A DNA stretch of 61,974 bases, counting the filler, from Chiloscyllium plagiosum (taxonomy: Eukaryota): the NCBI RefSeq assembly GCF_004010195.1. It is 3 parts of one record of this genome, joined end to end, with 100 filler letters (N's around TTAATTAATTAA, not from the genome) between each part and the next. Parts side by side here need not be neighbours in the genome. Positions count along the whole stretch, not along the records: positions 44,571 to 61,974 come from NC_057712.1; 2 more parts are not named here. One strand, written 5' to 3'. Both the position numbers and the translations under genes were made by a program. Numbering within the stretch: position 1 is the first letter of the stretch; each line of letters begins with the position of its first letter. The notes below the pieces were generated by a model. The model was not told the origin of the DNA, ran no database searches, and saw only the letters and a program-made list of their open reading frames with translations. This document shows positions 47,416 through 60,409 of this stretch, in pieces.

Positions 47416-48457
47416 AAGCAAAGAACAATACAGCACTGGAACAGGCTCTTCAGCCCTCCAGGCCTATGCCAATACATTTTACATCCACACTAAAACTGTC
47501 TTCACTGACAGGATCTGTATCCCTCTATTCTTTTCCTATTCATCCATTTGTTCAGCTGCTTCTTGACTGCTGCTACTGTGTTTGCTTCCATCACCTCCTC
47601 TGGCAATGTGTTCCAGGCTCTCACCACACTTTGTGTGAAAAACGTGCCTTGCACATATCTTTAAACTTTCCTTCTTGCACCTTCAACCTTTGTCCCTGGG
47701 TAACTGACCCCTCCACCCTGGGAAAGTAATCTCATACTTTCCATGCTATCCATGCCATTCACAGTCTTATAAACTTCTATTAGGTCGCCCCCTCAACTTC
47801 CTGCATTCCAGTGAAAACAAACCTAGTCTATCCAAATTTTCTTTCTCGCTAAAATTCCCCATATCAGGCAATATCTCTGTAAACCTTGTCAATACCCTCT
47901 CCAAAGTATCTACATCCTTCTGATAGTGTGGTGACCAGAACTGTATGCAGTATTCCAAGTGTGGTCTAACTAAAGTTCTATAAAGCTGAAGCATAACTTT
48001 TCCATTCCTATATTCAATGCCCCTTCCAATGCCATTGGCCTTTTGTACAACCTTTTGTCACCTGCTCTGTCACCTTCAGTGATCTCAGATCTCTCTGCAT
48101 ATGATGCGTCTAAGGGTTCTGCCAATCATTTCCATCCGTACTTGATCTTCCAAAATGCATCCCCTCTCATTTGTCTGGATTAAACTCCATCTGCCATTTT
48201 TCTGACCATGCCTTCAACTGATCTATATTCTGCTGAATCTTCTATTCACAACTCCACAAATCTTTCTTTTCTAATTAGTAATTAGAGCTTACTAATTAGA
48301 CCAGCTACATTTTCCTCCAAATTACTCATGTAGATTATGAACAGCAGAGGTCTCAGCACTGATACCTGACACCATTAGTCACTACCCAAAAGCATCCTTC
48401 CACCGCTACCCTCTGCCTCCTGTGACTAAGTCGGTTCTGTATTCATCTTGGCTGGAA

Positions 48458-49136
48458 ATAGAACATAGAACATAGAAGAATACAGCGCAGTACAGGCCCT
48501 TGGGCCCTCGATGTTGCGCCGATCCAAGCCCACCTAAACTACACTAACCCACTATCCTCCATATACCTATCCAATGCCCTCTTAAATGCCCATAAAGAGG
48601 GAGAGTCCACCACTGTTACTCGCAGGGCATTCCATGAACTAACGACTCGCTGAGTGAAGAACCTACCCCTAACATCAGTCCTATATCTACTCCCCCTTAA
48701 TTTAAAGCTATGCCCCCTTGTAATACCCCCCTCAATACGCGGGAAAAGGTTCATACTGACCCTATCTAACCCCCTAATCATCTTGTACACCTCAATCAAG
48801 TCACCCCTAAACCTTCTTTTCTCTAGTGAAAACAGCCCCAAGTGCCTCAGTCTTTCCTCATACGATTTTCCTTTCATACCAGGCAACATCCTGGTAAACC
48901 TCCTCTGCACCCGTTCCAATGCCTCCATATCCTTCCTATAGTATGGCGACCAAAACTGCACACAATATTCCAGATGCGGCCGTACCAGAGTCTTATACAA
49001 CTGCATCATGACCTCAGGACTCCGGAACTCAATTCCTCTACCAATAAAAGCCAGTACGCCATATGCCTTCCTCACCGCACTATTTACCTGGGTGGCAACT
49101 TTCAGAGATTTTACCTGGGTGGCAACTTTCAGAGAT
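48458..49136 (-). mobile_element. Young 5'-truncated CR1 nested inside a Penelope foldback (48451-49286)
   Basis: Uninterrupted 178-aa RT C-terminus (48539-49075) and (TTCTATG)n tail; the Penelope TSD TCTGTATTCATCTTG lies at 48436-48450 and 49287-49301. Confidence 0.9.
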
Positions 49137-50936
49137 AGAATGTGTTGCTGGAAAAGCGCAGCAGGTCAGGCAGCATCCAGGGAACAGAAGAATCGACGTT
49201 TCGGGCATAAGCCCTTCTTCAGGAATCTTTTCCAGCAACACATTTCCAGCTCTGATCTCCAGCATCTGCAGACCTCACTGCAGACCTCTGTATTCATCTT
49301 GCCAGCTCACCCTGATACCATGTGACTTCACCTTTTGTACTAATCTGCCATGAGGGACCTTGTCAAAGGCTTGACTAAAGCCCATGGAGACAACGTCAGC
49401 CGCGTTGTCCTCAATCAACTTTGTCATCTCCTCAAAAAGCTCTATCAAGTTAATGAGGCATGATCTCCTGCGCAGAAAGCCATGCTGTCTAAAGCTAATA
49501 AATCCATTTGCTTCTAATGTGTATAGATCTTGTCCCTGAGAATGTTTTCCAGTAATTTCCCTATCACTGACATGAGACTCACAGGACTGTAATTTGCAGG
49601 ATTATTCCTGCTGCCATTAAACAGTGGGACACAATTTGCTATTCTCCAGTCCTCTGGGATCTCACCTGTGGTCATAGAGGATATAAAAATGTCTGTCAAT
49701 GCTCCAGTAGTTTGTTCTCTTGCGTCCCTCAATGTTCTGGGTTAGATCCCATCAGGATCGAAGGGCTTAACTAAAAAATACTTTCTAAGATGCACAACAC
49801 CTCTTCCCATTTAATGGCAACTTAACTTAGTAATTCAACACTCACTTCCCTGAAATCATCCTCCAACAATTCCTACTCTTTTGTGTATATGGAGACAAAG
49901 TATTCATTTAGGACCTCCCCTACCTTTTCTGGATCCACACATAGATTGGGTGGGCCAACCCTTTCCCTGTTTACCCTGTTGCTTTTTATCTCTGTATAAA
50001 AAGCCTTGTGATTCTCCTTCACCAATTTGCATATGTCTTTTCATGACCTGTTTTAGCCCTTCTAATTCCTTGTTTAAGTTATTTCCTCCTTTCCTTATGT
50101 ACTTTAAGAACTTCATCAGTTCCCATCCTTCTAGATCTTATGTATGCTTCCTTTTTCTTTCTGGTCAAGATCACAACATCCCTGGTCATCCAAGGTTTAC
50201 GTAACTTGCCCGAACTATCCTTCATTCTCTCAGGAACATGCCACTCCTGAATTCTCATCAACTGCTGTTTGAAATTCTCTCACATGTTCAATGTAGGTTT
50301 ACCCTCAAACAGCCACCTCCAATTAAAATTCTCCAGTTCCTTGTCTAACCTTCCTCCAATTTCACACCTTCGCCTGAGCACTGCTGTTATTCCTATCCAA
50401 GAATTTCTTAAAACCCATGGTATTATGGTCCCCCACTGAAACTTCATTCATACAGCCAGGCTAAATTTGCAAAACCACGTCCAGTATAACCCTTTGCCGT
50501 GTTGGATTATTTATGTATTGTGTCAAGAATCCCTCCTGAATGGCCCTTACAAATTCTACCCCATCCAAGCCTCTAGCTGGTAGTGAGTCCTAGTCAATCT
50601 GGGGGAAGTTAAAATCACCCACCACAACATCCCTGGTGTTTTTTCATCTTTTCAAAACCTGCGCACATATTCTATCCTCCATCTCCTGCTGGCTGTTGGG
50701 AAGCCTATAGTACACCCCCAGCATTATGATTTCACCTTTTCCATTCCTGAGTTCTAACCATATTGTCTCACTGCATGAGACCGCTGATGTATCCTTCCTC
50801 AGTACAGCCATATGTTTCCTTTACCAATAATGCAACTCTCCCACCCTATTTACCTCCCTTTCTTTCACACCTGAAACATCTAAATCCTGGACTTGCAGTT
50901 GCCATTCCTGTCCCTCTTTCAGTCAAGTCTCTGTAA

Positions 50937-51106
50937 AACCACTATAAATGCTGGACGAAACAACACAGAAGCGCTTCACAGGAGGCTCCCAAGCACTGAG
51001 GATGTCACCTAGACAGGGAACGAAACGTCTGCAACACAAATTCCCAGCTCCGCAAACAGAACCACAACAACAAGCACCCGAGCTACAAATCTTCTCACAA
51101 ACCTTG
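50937..51106 (+). mobile_element. Penelope-like solo pLTR (family 2) with hammerhead motif at 50993-51032
   Basis: GCA-CUGAGGA-[stem II]-GAAAC-GUC-UGC; TSD AAG(T/C)CTCTGTAA at 50925-50936 and 51107-51118. Confidence 0.78.
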
Positions 51107-51483
51107 AAGCCTCTGTAATCGCAATGATGTCATAGTTCCAAGTACTAATCAAAGCTCTACTTCTCACATTGTAACACATGCATTTCAGACCACCCCACCT
51201 GCTCTTTTCAGCAGCATTTCTCTGCCTGTTCTTACTAATGTTTGCCTTACTAATGTTTACTAATGTTTCTATCTTTCCCTCAATTTCTGCATCCATTACC
51301 CTACTCTTCTGGTTCCCACCCTCCCATACCATTCTACCAAGTATCCCCCAAAGAACATGAGTCCTGGTCCTGCCTAGGTGTAACCTATCCTGTTTGTACA
51401 GGTCCCACCCCCCCCCTAGAACCAGTCCCAATGCCACACAAATCTAAAATCCTCCCCTTCACACCATCTTTTCAGCCATATGT

Positions 51484-51800
51484 TTAGATTAGATTAGATT
51501 CCCTACAGTGTGGAAACAGGCCCTTCGGCCCAACAAGTCCACACTGACCCTCTGAAGAGCAACCCACCCAGACCCATTCTCCTACATTTACCCATGCACC
51601 TAGCACTACGGGCAATTTAGCATGGTCAATTCACCTGACCTGTACATCTTTGGACTGTGGGAGGAAATCAGAGCACTCGGAGGAAACCCACGCAGAAAAT
51701 GTGCAAATTCCACACAGACGGTTGCCTGAGGCCGGAATTGAACCCAGGTCCCTGGCGCTATGAGGCAGCACTGAGCCACCATGCCGCCCCCCCCCCCCCC
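51484..51800 (-). mobile_element. HE1-type V-SINE
   Basis: Reverse-complement HE1 with (TAATC)3 tail; poly-C run at the head. Confidence 0.92.
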
Positions 51801-52868
51801 CCCCCGAATATATAGGATGTTCATCCTATATATCCTGTTGTTTTTACTCTGACTAGCTTGTGGAAATGGTAGTAATCCTGAGGTAACTACCTTTGAAGTC
51901 TGACATTTCAACTTTTTTTCTAGTTCTCTATGTTCTGCTTTTAGGAACTCATCCCTTTTTTTACCGATGCCATTTGTATCAACATGCACTACAAGCACTC
52001 TCCCTGTCCAGAATATCTTGCAACCCCTTCAATATGTTGCACCAGGGAGGCAACATATCATCCTGGACTTTAGTTTGAAGCCACAGAAACACCTGTCTAT
52101 TCCATTAACAATTGAATCCCCTACACTATAGCATTTCTATGCTTATCTGTCCCTCCTCCTGCATCCAACCATGATGCCATGAATTTGGCTGCTGCTGTTA
52201 TCCCCTTAGAGGCCAATCCCCTCAACAGTATCCAAAACATCATCTGCTTTGTAGGGGATTTTCCTGCTTTGTCTAGTAGTCACCCTTTCCCTTCCTGTCT
52301 CCGGAGTCTGAATCTATGGTGTGACCACCTGTCTATATGTGATATCCATGACACTTTATGCCTTGCGAATGCTCCTAAGTGTTCCCAGCTATTGATCCAC
52401 CTCTGAAACACAGGTTACCAGGAGCTGCAACTGGAGACACTTCTTACACACTTGCAGGTCCCAGGCACTGGAAGTGTGCCCAATTTCCCACATTAACCAA
52501 GAGGAGCAGACTAAGATTTGGAGCACTCCTGCCATGTCTTAAGTTAATTAACCCTTACAACCCTTAAGTACTTTGAATACTAAGTTGAAGTTTCTGATGC
52601 TGTCTGCTCTAGTTACAATTTCTCAAAACTAACCTGTTACTCACCAACAACAATTTCTAGAAACAATTCTGGCTCCTGCTGCCAACCCTGCTGTCACAAT
52701 GTTTTGTCTCCTCTGAACCTTGCCTGTCCCTGTTTTTTTTTAAGCTAGAGGACAAAGGAGGAGTGAAAACAGTAAGGTGATGTAATATTTAGGGCTAACC
52801 ATTCCTTAATAGCATATTCTTCCATGATACCCTTCACACCCATACTGAATACAAAGTCTACTCCTAGA

Positions 52869-55609
52869 TTTTTTTAACAAAAATATACTTTATTCATATA
52901 AATCTTTGGTACATGTACAGTTGATGATGCCATTCAGATGTATACTGTATTTACTTTCAGAGAACAAATTTAGTCATTTATATTCACAATTCTCTATTTT
53001 TACTGTCAACCTATTGGCATTTAGCTGAGGCATCAGCAGGACCCAATTCCAGAATGGATCCCTGTTATTCTTCAGCAGAAAGACCTTACATGGTAGTCTT
53101 TCCCTACTGCGCCGCAAGTAGCCCTGGACCTTGGAATGTGCCAGTTTGCAACACTCAGTCGGGGTCAACTCCTTCAACTGGAAGACCAATAAATTTCGAG
53201 CAGACCATAGAACGCCTTTCACCGAGCTGATGATTAGATTAGATTACTTACAGTGTGGAAACAGGCCCTTCAGCCCAACAAGTCCACACCGACCTGCTGA
53301 AGCGCAACCCAGCCAGACCCATTCCCCTACATTTACCCCTTCACCTAACACTATGGGCAATTTAGCATAGCCAATTCACCTAACCTGCACATTTTTGGAC
53401 TGTGGGAGGAAACCGGACCACCCAGAGGAAACCCACACAGACACTGGAAGAATGTGCAAACTCCACACAGACAGTCGCCTGAGGCAGGAATTGAACCCGG
53501 GTCTCTGGTGCTGTGAGGCAGCAGTGCTAACCACTGTGCCACCGATTCTGCAGGCACAGTTGATGTTTGGCTTGGTGTGCGTTCCAGGGAACAGACCGTG
53601 GGGCATGGCATCCCACATTACGGAGCTGCTTGGGATGAAACTCGACAAACACTGCCTAATTCCTCTCCAGACTTCCTTTGCATAGGCACATCCCAGGAGG
53701 AGGTGTGTGACAGTCTTGTCCCCTCCACAGCTGCATCGAGGGCAGCGTGCAGTGGCACATAGAGTCTAGGCATGCATAAAGCATCTCACAGGCAGAACCC
53801 TTCTCACCACCAGCCAAGCCACGTCTTAGTGCTTGTTTGAAAGTTTGGATGTTGAGGCATCCTGTCAAATGACTTTGATGGTCTGCTCAGGGAACTACTT
53901 GACAGGATCCGCCTTCTCCTTTTCTCAAAGAGTCTCAAGGACTGTAAATGCTGACCACTTCCTGATGAACATGTGGGAAAAGGTGCTTTTCCTCTCAAAT
54001 TTCTCCACATAGGACAGGTGATATGGAACGGTCAACTACTTGGACCGTTCCATGGCAGCAAGGCCAGGCCCATCCTTCGCAACACCGGGGACAGGTAGAA
54101 CGTTAGTATGTAAAGACACTTGGTGTTTGCATACTGGGGATCCACACACAGCTTGATGGAGCCACACACAAAAGTGGCCACCAGGGTAAGGGTAGCATTA
54201 AGTGTGTTTTTTCCCCCTTTGTCTAGATCTTTATACATTTTGTCCCTTCAGATACAGTTCTTCTTAGATCTCCACATGAAATGAAAGTTGGCAGGTGACT
54301 GCAGCGGTCCAGGTTTGGGGAATAGGCCAGATCTGCACCATGTACAACAACACTGAGAGTGCCTCACACTTGATGACTAGGTTTTTACCAGTGATGGAGA
54401 GTGACGGATGTTCCTATCTGCCTCACTTTAGTGACATGCTCCTCCAAAGACTTGGTGCATGCCCCAGCCCCTCTGAATCAAATACCCAGCACTTTCAGGT
54501 GGTCAGTCCTGACGGTGAAGGGGATAGAGGATTGGTCGGCCCAGTTTCCAAAGACCATAGCCTCCCTCTTGCCTCGATTTACCTTGGCCGCCGAGGCCCA
54601 TTAAAACTGTGTACTGACATAGACCCCCGCTGCTAGGAATAGTCACCCCTCTCAGGTTTGCATCCTTCCTGATGGACTCAGCAAATGGCTTATACAGCAC
54701 ACAAACAAAGCAGGAGAGAGTGGGCTACCCTGCCTGACTCGAGATCTGATTGGAAAGCTTTCTGATTCCCATCCATTGATTGAGACTGCACTAACAATGT
54801 TGGTGTGGAGAAGTTGGATTCAATTGCAGATTCTCTCCCCAAAGCCCATTTTGGAGAGAACATCTCTCATGTATGTATGCGATATCCTGTCAAAGGCTTT
54901 CTCCTGGTCCACGTTGATGAGGGAAGTGCCCACCCCTTGTCCTGCACATAGGCAATCATATCCCTGAGGAGCAAGAGCCTCTCAGCTTGCCCAGTCCAGC
55001 ACGGATTTGGTTGGGCTGAATCACTTATCCCAGAGCAGACCTGACCCGGTTGGTAATGATTTGTAATCCACATTTAACAGTGAGGGTTGCCAATTTCTAA
55101 TTTCCTTCCTCTTCCCCTCCCGTTTGTAGATGAGGGTGATGATGCCTTTCCTCATGAATTTGATCACGGTTCCTGCCAGAAGCATACTAAGATACAATCC
55201 CAGCAAGTCCTGCCCGATCAAGTCCCAAGAGTAGAATATGACTCAACCGGTAAGCCATTGCTTCCCAGAGTTTTATTCTTTTCAAAGGACTCGAGGACCT
55301 TGGTCAGCTCATCCAGAGATCATGGCTGGTTTAGCCTTCTGAACACCTTTGAGGATGAAGAACCTCTTGATGATCCCCCACCTGTCCGCTGGAGACAGAA
55401 AGAAGGGTTTTCTCCAACCTGTGTAATCCCTTTTGAGGTCCTCAATGTTTTCTGGGGTTAACAATTTCACGTTCAGCTTCCATATTCCCTTGCCAGCCCA
55501 CTACTCGTCCTATAGGTGACAGTCACCATCAAGAGGCAGTGGTCAGAGAAGAATATTAGCTTTGACATTGGTGGATCTGACTAAAAACCTGCAGGACACA
55601 AACAGGTAA
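52869..55609 (-). mobile_element. Older Tx1-clade LINE (deleted, frameshifted ORF2)
   Basis: RKGIITLIYK...NWQP, RT pieces, Tx1-type 3' end AATAAAGTATATTTTT. Confidence 0.85.
53235..53545 (-). mobile_element. HE1-type V-SINE
   Basis: Complete reverse-complement HE1. Confidence 0.93.
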
Positions 55610-58600
55610 TTTTTTTTTATTTCAAAAATATACTTTATTCATAAAACTGTTTGGATCTGTACACAATTGGTCATGCCATTCTTGTGCACACATTACATTG
55701 CTTTACATACAGACATCGAAATTTATTTTTCCTATATACAAGTCTGTACATTTACTATCCAGCTCTTCTGCTGTGGCATCAGCGGAGCCCAAATGACTAG
55801 GTGGGCCCCCTGTTCTTCTTAGGCTGGCAGATGTTACATGATGGTCTTTCCCCACCGTGCCTTGGTGGCAGCTGCCCCAAGCTTCAGCGCGCCCCTCAAC
55901 ACGCTGGAATGTGCCAGTCTGCAACACTCAGTTGGGGTCAACTCCTTCAGCTGGAAGATCATGAGGTTTCAGACCGTTCAGAGAGCGTCCTTCACCGAGT
56001 TGATGATCCTCCAGACACAGTTGATGTTCGTCTCGGTGTGCCTGCCGGGGAACAGATCGTAGAGCACGGAGTCCCGCGTCACGGCGCTGCTCGGGATGAA
56101 CCTCGACAAACACCACTGTATTCCTGTCCAAACCTCTTCTGCATAGGCACATTCCAGAAGGAGGTGTGTGACAGTCTCGTTCCCCGCCAAATGACTTTGA
56201 CAGTCTGCTCAGGGAACAGCTCGATAGGATCCGTCCTCTCCTTTTCCCAAAGAGTCTCAAGGACACTTCGTGCTGACCACTTCCTGATGGACTTGTGGTC
56301 AAGGGTGTTTTTCTTCTTAAACTTCTCCACGACGTCAGACCCATCCTTTGCAACACCAGGGACAGGTAGAACCTCAGTACGTAGTGACACTTGATGTTTG
56401 CGTACCGGGAATCCACGCACAGCTTGATGCAGCCACACACAAAGGTGGCCATCAGGGTGAGGGTGGCATTGGGTGTGTTTTTTCCCCCGTTGCCCAGATC
56501 TTTATACATCGAGACCCTTCGGACGCGATCCATCTTTGATCTCCATATAAAATGGAAGATGGCCCGGGTGACTGTGGCGGCACAGGTTCTAGGAATAGGC
56601 CAGATCTGTGCCACATATAACAGCAATGACAGTGCCTCACACCTGATGACCAGGTTTTCTTCCCGTGATGGAGAGCGACCGTAGCTTCCATCTGCCCAGT
56701 TTCTGCCTCACTTTGCTGATACACTCCTCCCAAGACTTGGCACACGCCCCAGCAACCCCACCTCACCCCCACCCCCCTTCACCCCGTACCAAATACCCAG
56801 CACCTTCAGATGGTCGGTCCTGACGGTGAAGGGGATCAAGGATTGGTCGGCCCAGTTCCTGAAGAGCATGGCCTCACTCTTGCCTTGGTTTACCTTGGCC
56901 CCCGAGGCCTGTTTGAACTGGTCACATATGCACATGAGTCTGTGCACGGACAGTGGATCCGAGCAGAAAACAGCGATATCATCCATGTACAGGGAGGCCT
57001 TAACTTGTAGGCCCCCACTGCCAGGAATAGTCACCCCTCTCAGGCTTGTATCCTTCCCGATGAACTCGGCAAATGGCTCTATGCAGCACACAAACAAGGC
57101 AGGAGAGAGAGGGCAGCCCTGCCTGACTCGGGATCTGACTGATTCCCACCCATTCATTGAGGCTGAGCTGACAATGTTGGTGTAGAGCAGTCTGATCCAA
57201 TTGCAGATTCCCTCCCCAAAGCCCACTTTGGAGAGAACATCTCTCATATACGTGTGTGATATCCTGTCAAAGGCTTTCTCCTAGTGCAGGCTGATGAGGC
57301 AGGTGTCCAACCCTCTGTCCTGCAGGTAGGTGATCATATCCCTGAGCAGTGGGAGACTCTCAGTGATCTTTCTGCCGGGTGTACAGCACAAGTTTGGACA
57401 GGGTGAATCACCGACCCCAGAGCAGACCTGACCCGGTTGACGATAACCTTTAACAAAATTTTGTAATCCGCATTCAATAGTGAGATTGGTCTCCAATTTC
57501 TGATTTCCTCCCTCACCCCCTTCCGCTTGTAGATGAGGGTGATGATGCCTTTCCTCATGGATTGACTCATGGTACCTGCCAGAAGCATTCTGACATACAC
57601 CTCCAGCAGGACCTGGCCAATCAAGTCCCACAGAGCAGAATAGAGCTCGACCGGTAAGCCGTCGCTTCCGAGAGTTTTATTCTTTTCGAAGGACTCGAGG
57701 GCCTTGATCAGCTCGTCCAGAGATAGCGGCTGGTCCAGCCTCTCCCGTGTTCTGTCGTCTAAGACCTCCGTGATAGAGGACAGGAACGGCTGGGAGGCCA
57801 CGCTGTCGGTTGGCTTCGGGTCATACAGACTGGCATAGAAGGATTTGCTGATCCTCATGACGTCAGCCTGAGATGACGTTATCAAGCCATCTTCTTCCTT
57901 CAGGCTGCTGAGGACGGAGCTCTCTATGTGCACCTTCTGGAAGAAGAAATGTGAGTATGTCTCATCCTGCTCCATGGAGCGGACCCTGGACCGGAAGATT
58001 ATCTTGGAGGCCTCCGAGGCTTGCTGGTCCTTCACCTCCTTGAGGTCTTCCGTGACATCGATCCCCATCGTCTGCAGCAGGAGCAGGTTCTGCATACTTT
58101 CCTGGAGCTGGGACAGTTTTCCCTGCCTCTCTCTCGCCTCCTGAACAGCTTTGAGGATGAAAAACCTCTTGATGTTCCCTTTTTCTGTTTCCCACCAGTC
58201 TGCTGGGGACTCAAAGAGGGGCTTCACGGTTCTCCCTCTTGAGCTCCTCAGTGTTTCCCAGGGTCAACAGTTTTGTGTTCAGCTTCCACATTCCCTTACC
58301 AGCCCGCTGCTAGTCCTGTAGGTGACAGTCGGCCAGCAGGAGGCAGTGGTCAAAGAAGAACACCGGCTTGACGTCGGTGGATCTGACTGAGAGCGTTCGG
58401 GACACAAACAGGCAATCTATCCTTGAGCAGATAGACCCGTCTGCCCGTGGCCAGGTGTATCTACGCTGCGCTCCGTCTGCAGGGGTGCTGAAGACATCGT
58501 GCAGCTTGGCATCTTTTACCGTTTCCATCAGGACTCTGGACGTGGCATCCAGTTTACTGTCCCCACCCGCTGGACCATCTATCTGCATCAATGATACAAT

Positions 58601-59004
58601 TGAAGTCTCCGGCCAGAATGACCAGCCTGGACGTAGCCAGCAACAGTGGAAGCTGCTGCAGGACGGCCAACCGTTCACTCTTACCCACTGGGGCGTACAC
58701 ATTAATCAATCTCAGGGAAGCATTCCTGTACATTCGGTGACGAGGAGGCGCCCACCCACCACCTCCTTAACCTCGGAGGTAGCGAAGTTGTCTCCTCGCA
58801 GCAGGATAGCCAAGCCAGAGGTGCGGCTATCGTTGCCCCCTGACCAAAGTGATGGCCCATGGGCCCACAAGCTCGACCATCTCCTGTAGCTGATGAGGTG
58901 CGGTATCCCACACTCCTGCAGAAACAAAACATCGGCTTTAATGTTGGCAAGGAAGGCCATCGTAGAAACACATCGCGTAGCAGATTTGATTCTACGCACA
59001 TTGA

Positions 59005-59295
59005 GGAAGTGAGGACTGCAGATGCTGGTGATCAGAGCTGAAAAATCTATTGCTGGAAAAGCACAGCAGGTCAGGCAGCATCCAAGGAGCAGGAGAATCG
59101 ACGTTTCGGTATAAGCCTGATTCCTGAAGAAGAGCTTATGCCCAAAACGTCGATTCTCCTGTTCCTTGGATGCTGCCTGACCTACTGCGCTTTTCCAGCA
59201 ACACATTTTCAGCTTATTCCCAAAACATCGATTCTCCTGTTCCTTGGATGCTGCCTGACCAGCTGCGCTTTTCTAGCAACACATTTTTCAGCCAA
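59005..59295. mobile_element. Penelope-like foldback with duplicated right arm
   Basis: One left arm and two tandem right arms; 9-bp TSD GCACATTGA at 58996-59004 and 59296-59304. Confidence 0.82.
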
Positions 59296-59528
59296 GCACA
59301 TTGATACTGGCAATTTTTATCCCCATTTTAACAGTTTACGAGGTTACCAGTGTCCATTTGCTGCTGGTCTTGCCTTTCTGGGGTAGCTGTGTGCATCCCC
59401 GTAGTGACGGCAAACTGCTGGACAGTCCCGGGCTGAGGTAGCTGTCTGGCTTCACGCTGGGGCCATTTCTCCGCTCTGGTGTCTTCGGGTCGGGCCCAGG
59501 GTCCGCACAGTCCAGTTCGGCAGTTGAT

Positions 59529-59840
59529 CGGCACGGTGGCACAGTGGTTAGCACTGCTGCCTCACAGCGCCAGAGACCCGGGTTCAATTCCCGCCTCAGG
59601 CGACCGACTGTGTGGAGTTTGCACATTCTCCCCGTGTCTGCGTGGGTTTCCTCCGGGTGCTCCGGTTTCCTCCCACAGTCCAAAAATGTGCAGGTTAGGT
59701 GAATTGGCCACGTTAAATTGCCTGTAGTGTTAGTTGCTGGGGTAAATGTAGGGGAATGGGTCTGGGTGTGTGCGCTTCGGCGGGTCGGTGTGGACTTGTT
59801 GGGCCGAAGGGCCTGTTTCCACACTGTAAGTAATCTATCT
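59529..59840 (+). mobile_element. HE1-type V-SINE (young)
   Basis: CpG-rich, near-complete HE1. Confidence 0.94.
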
Positions 59841-60409
59841 TCTCTGTCTGACAGCGGGGCTGTCACAGGACCGCTGTTCCCAGTTACCTGGAGCTGTGGG
59901 GTGGTGGGTACCTCTTGGTTCTCACCGGGTGGGGGGTGGTCTTTACCCATCCCCTCAGAGAGATTGTCTTTTTCTGTTTGGGCGGTGCTGCCTTCTTTTT
60001 TCCCCACGGCGCTCTGTCTCTTCCTCTGGTGATGACCCTCCTTGCACCAGTCCTCACCATTGGAAAAGCTGCCTGTATCCTCATTGTGTCGGTGTCGTTT
60101 CCCCCTTTGCTTGGTGGCTTTGGGAGCCTGGCGAAGTTTCCTCTTCCTGCTTTTGACAGGAATCTAATCCTCTGCCTCCTTTGTTCCCTCCTCTTCCATT
60201 TCCTCCTTCTGTCTTGAAGGAGTTTGGAACGGCTGCTGCACCTCCCTGCTGTCTGCAGTCTGCTGCACTCCAGCCTGCCCTTCCTTTTGGGTGCCACCAG
60301 ACACTGTTCCCATGCTGTTTTGTGGTACCTTGCTGGTCTTATGTGGTCGATGGCTTGTGTTGCCACCTCCGGCAATCTGTGCATAGGCTCCTCATCTTGG
60401 GCAGGCCTG

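Larger units (their letters stand above)
47420..52560 (-). mobile_element. Near full-length degenerate CR1 with SGNH-esterase ORF1; host of several insertions
   Basis: ORF1 LVVHVDTN...SGLLP...YKQDRLHL (SGNH-like); ORF2 APE, RT (NYSPVSLMS) and C-terminus are collinear; 3' end near 47420. Confidence 0.88.
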
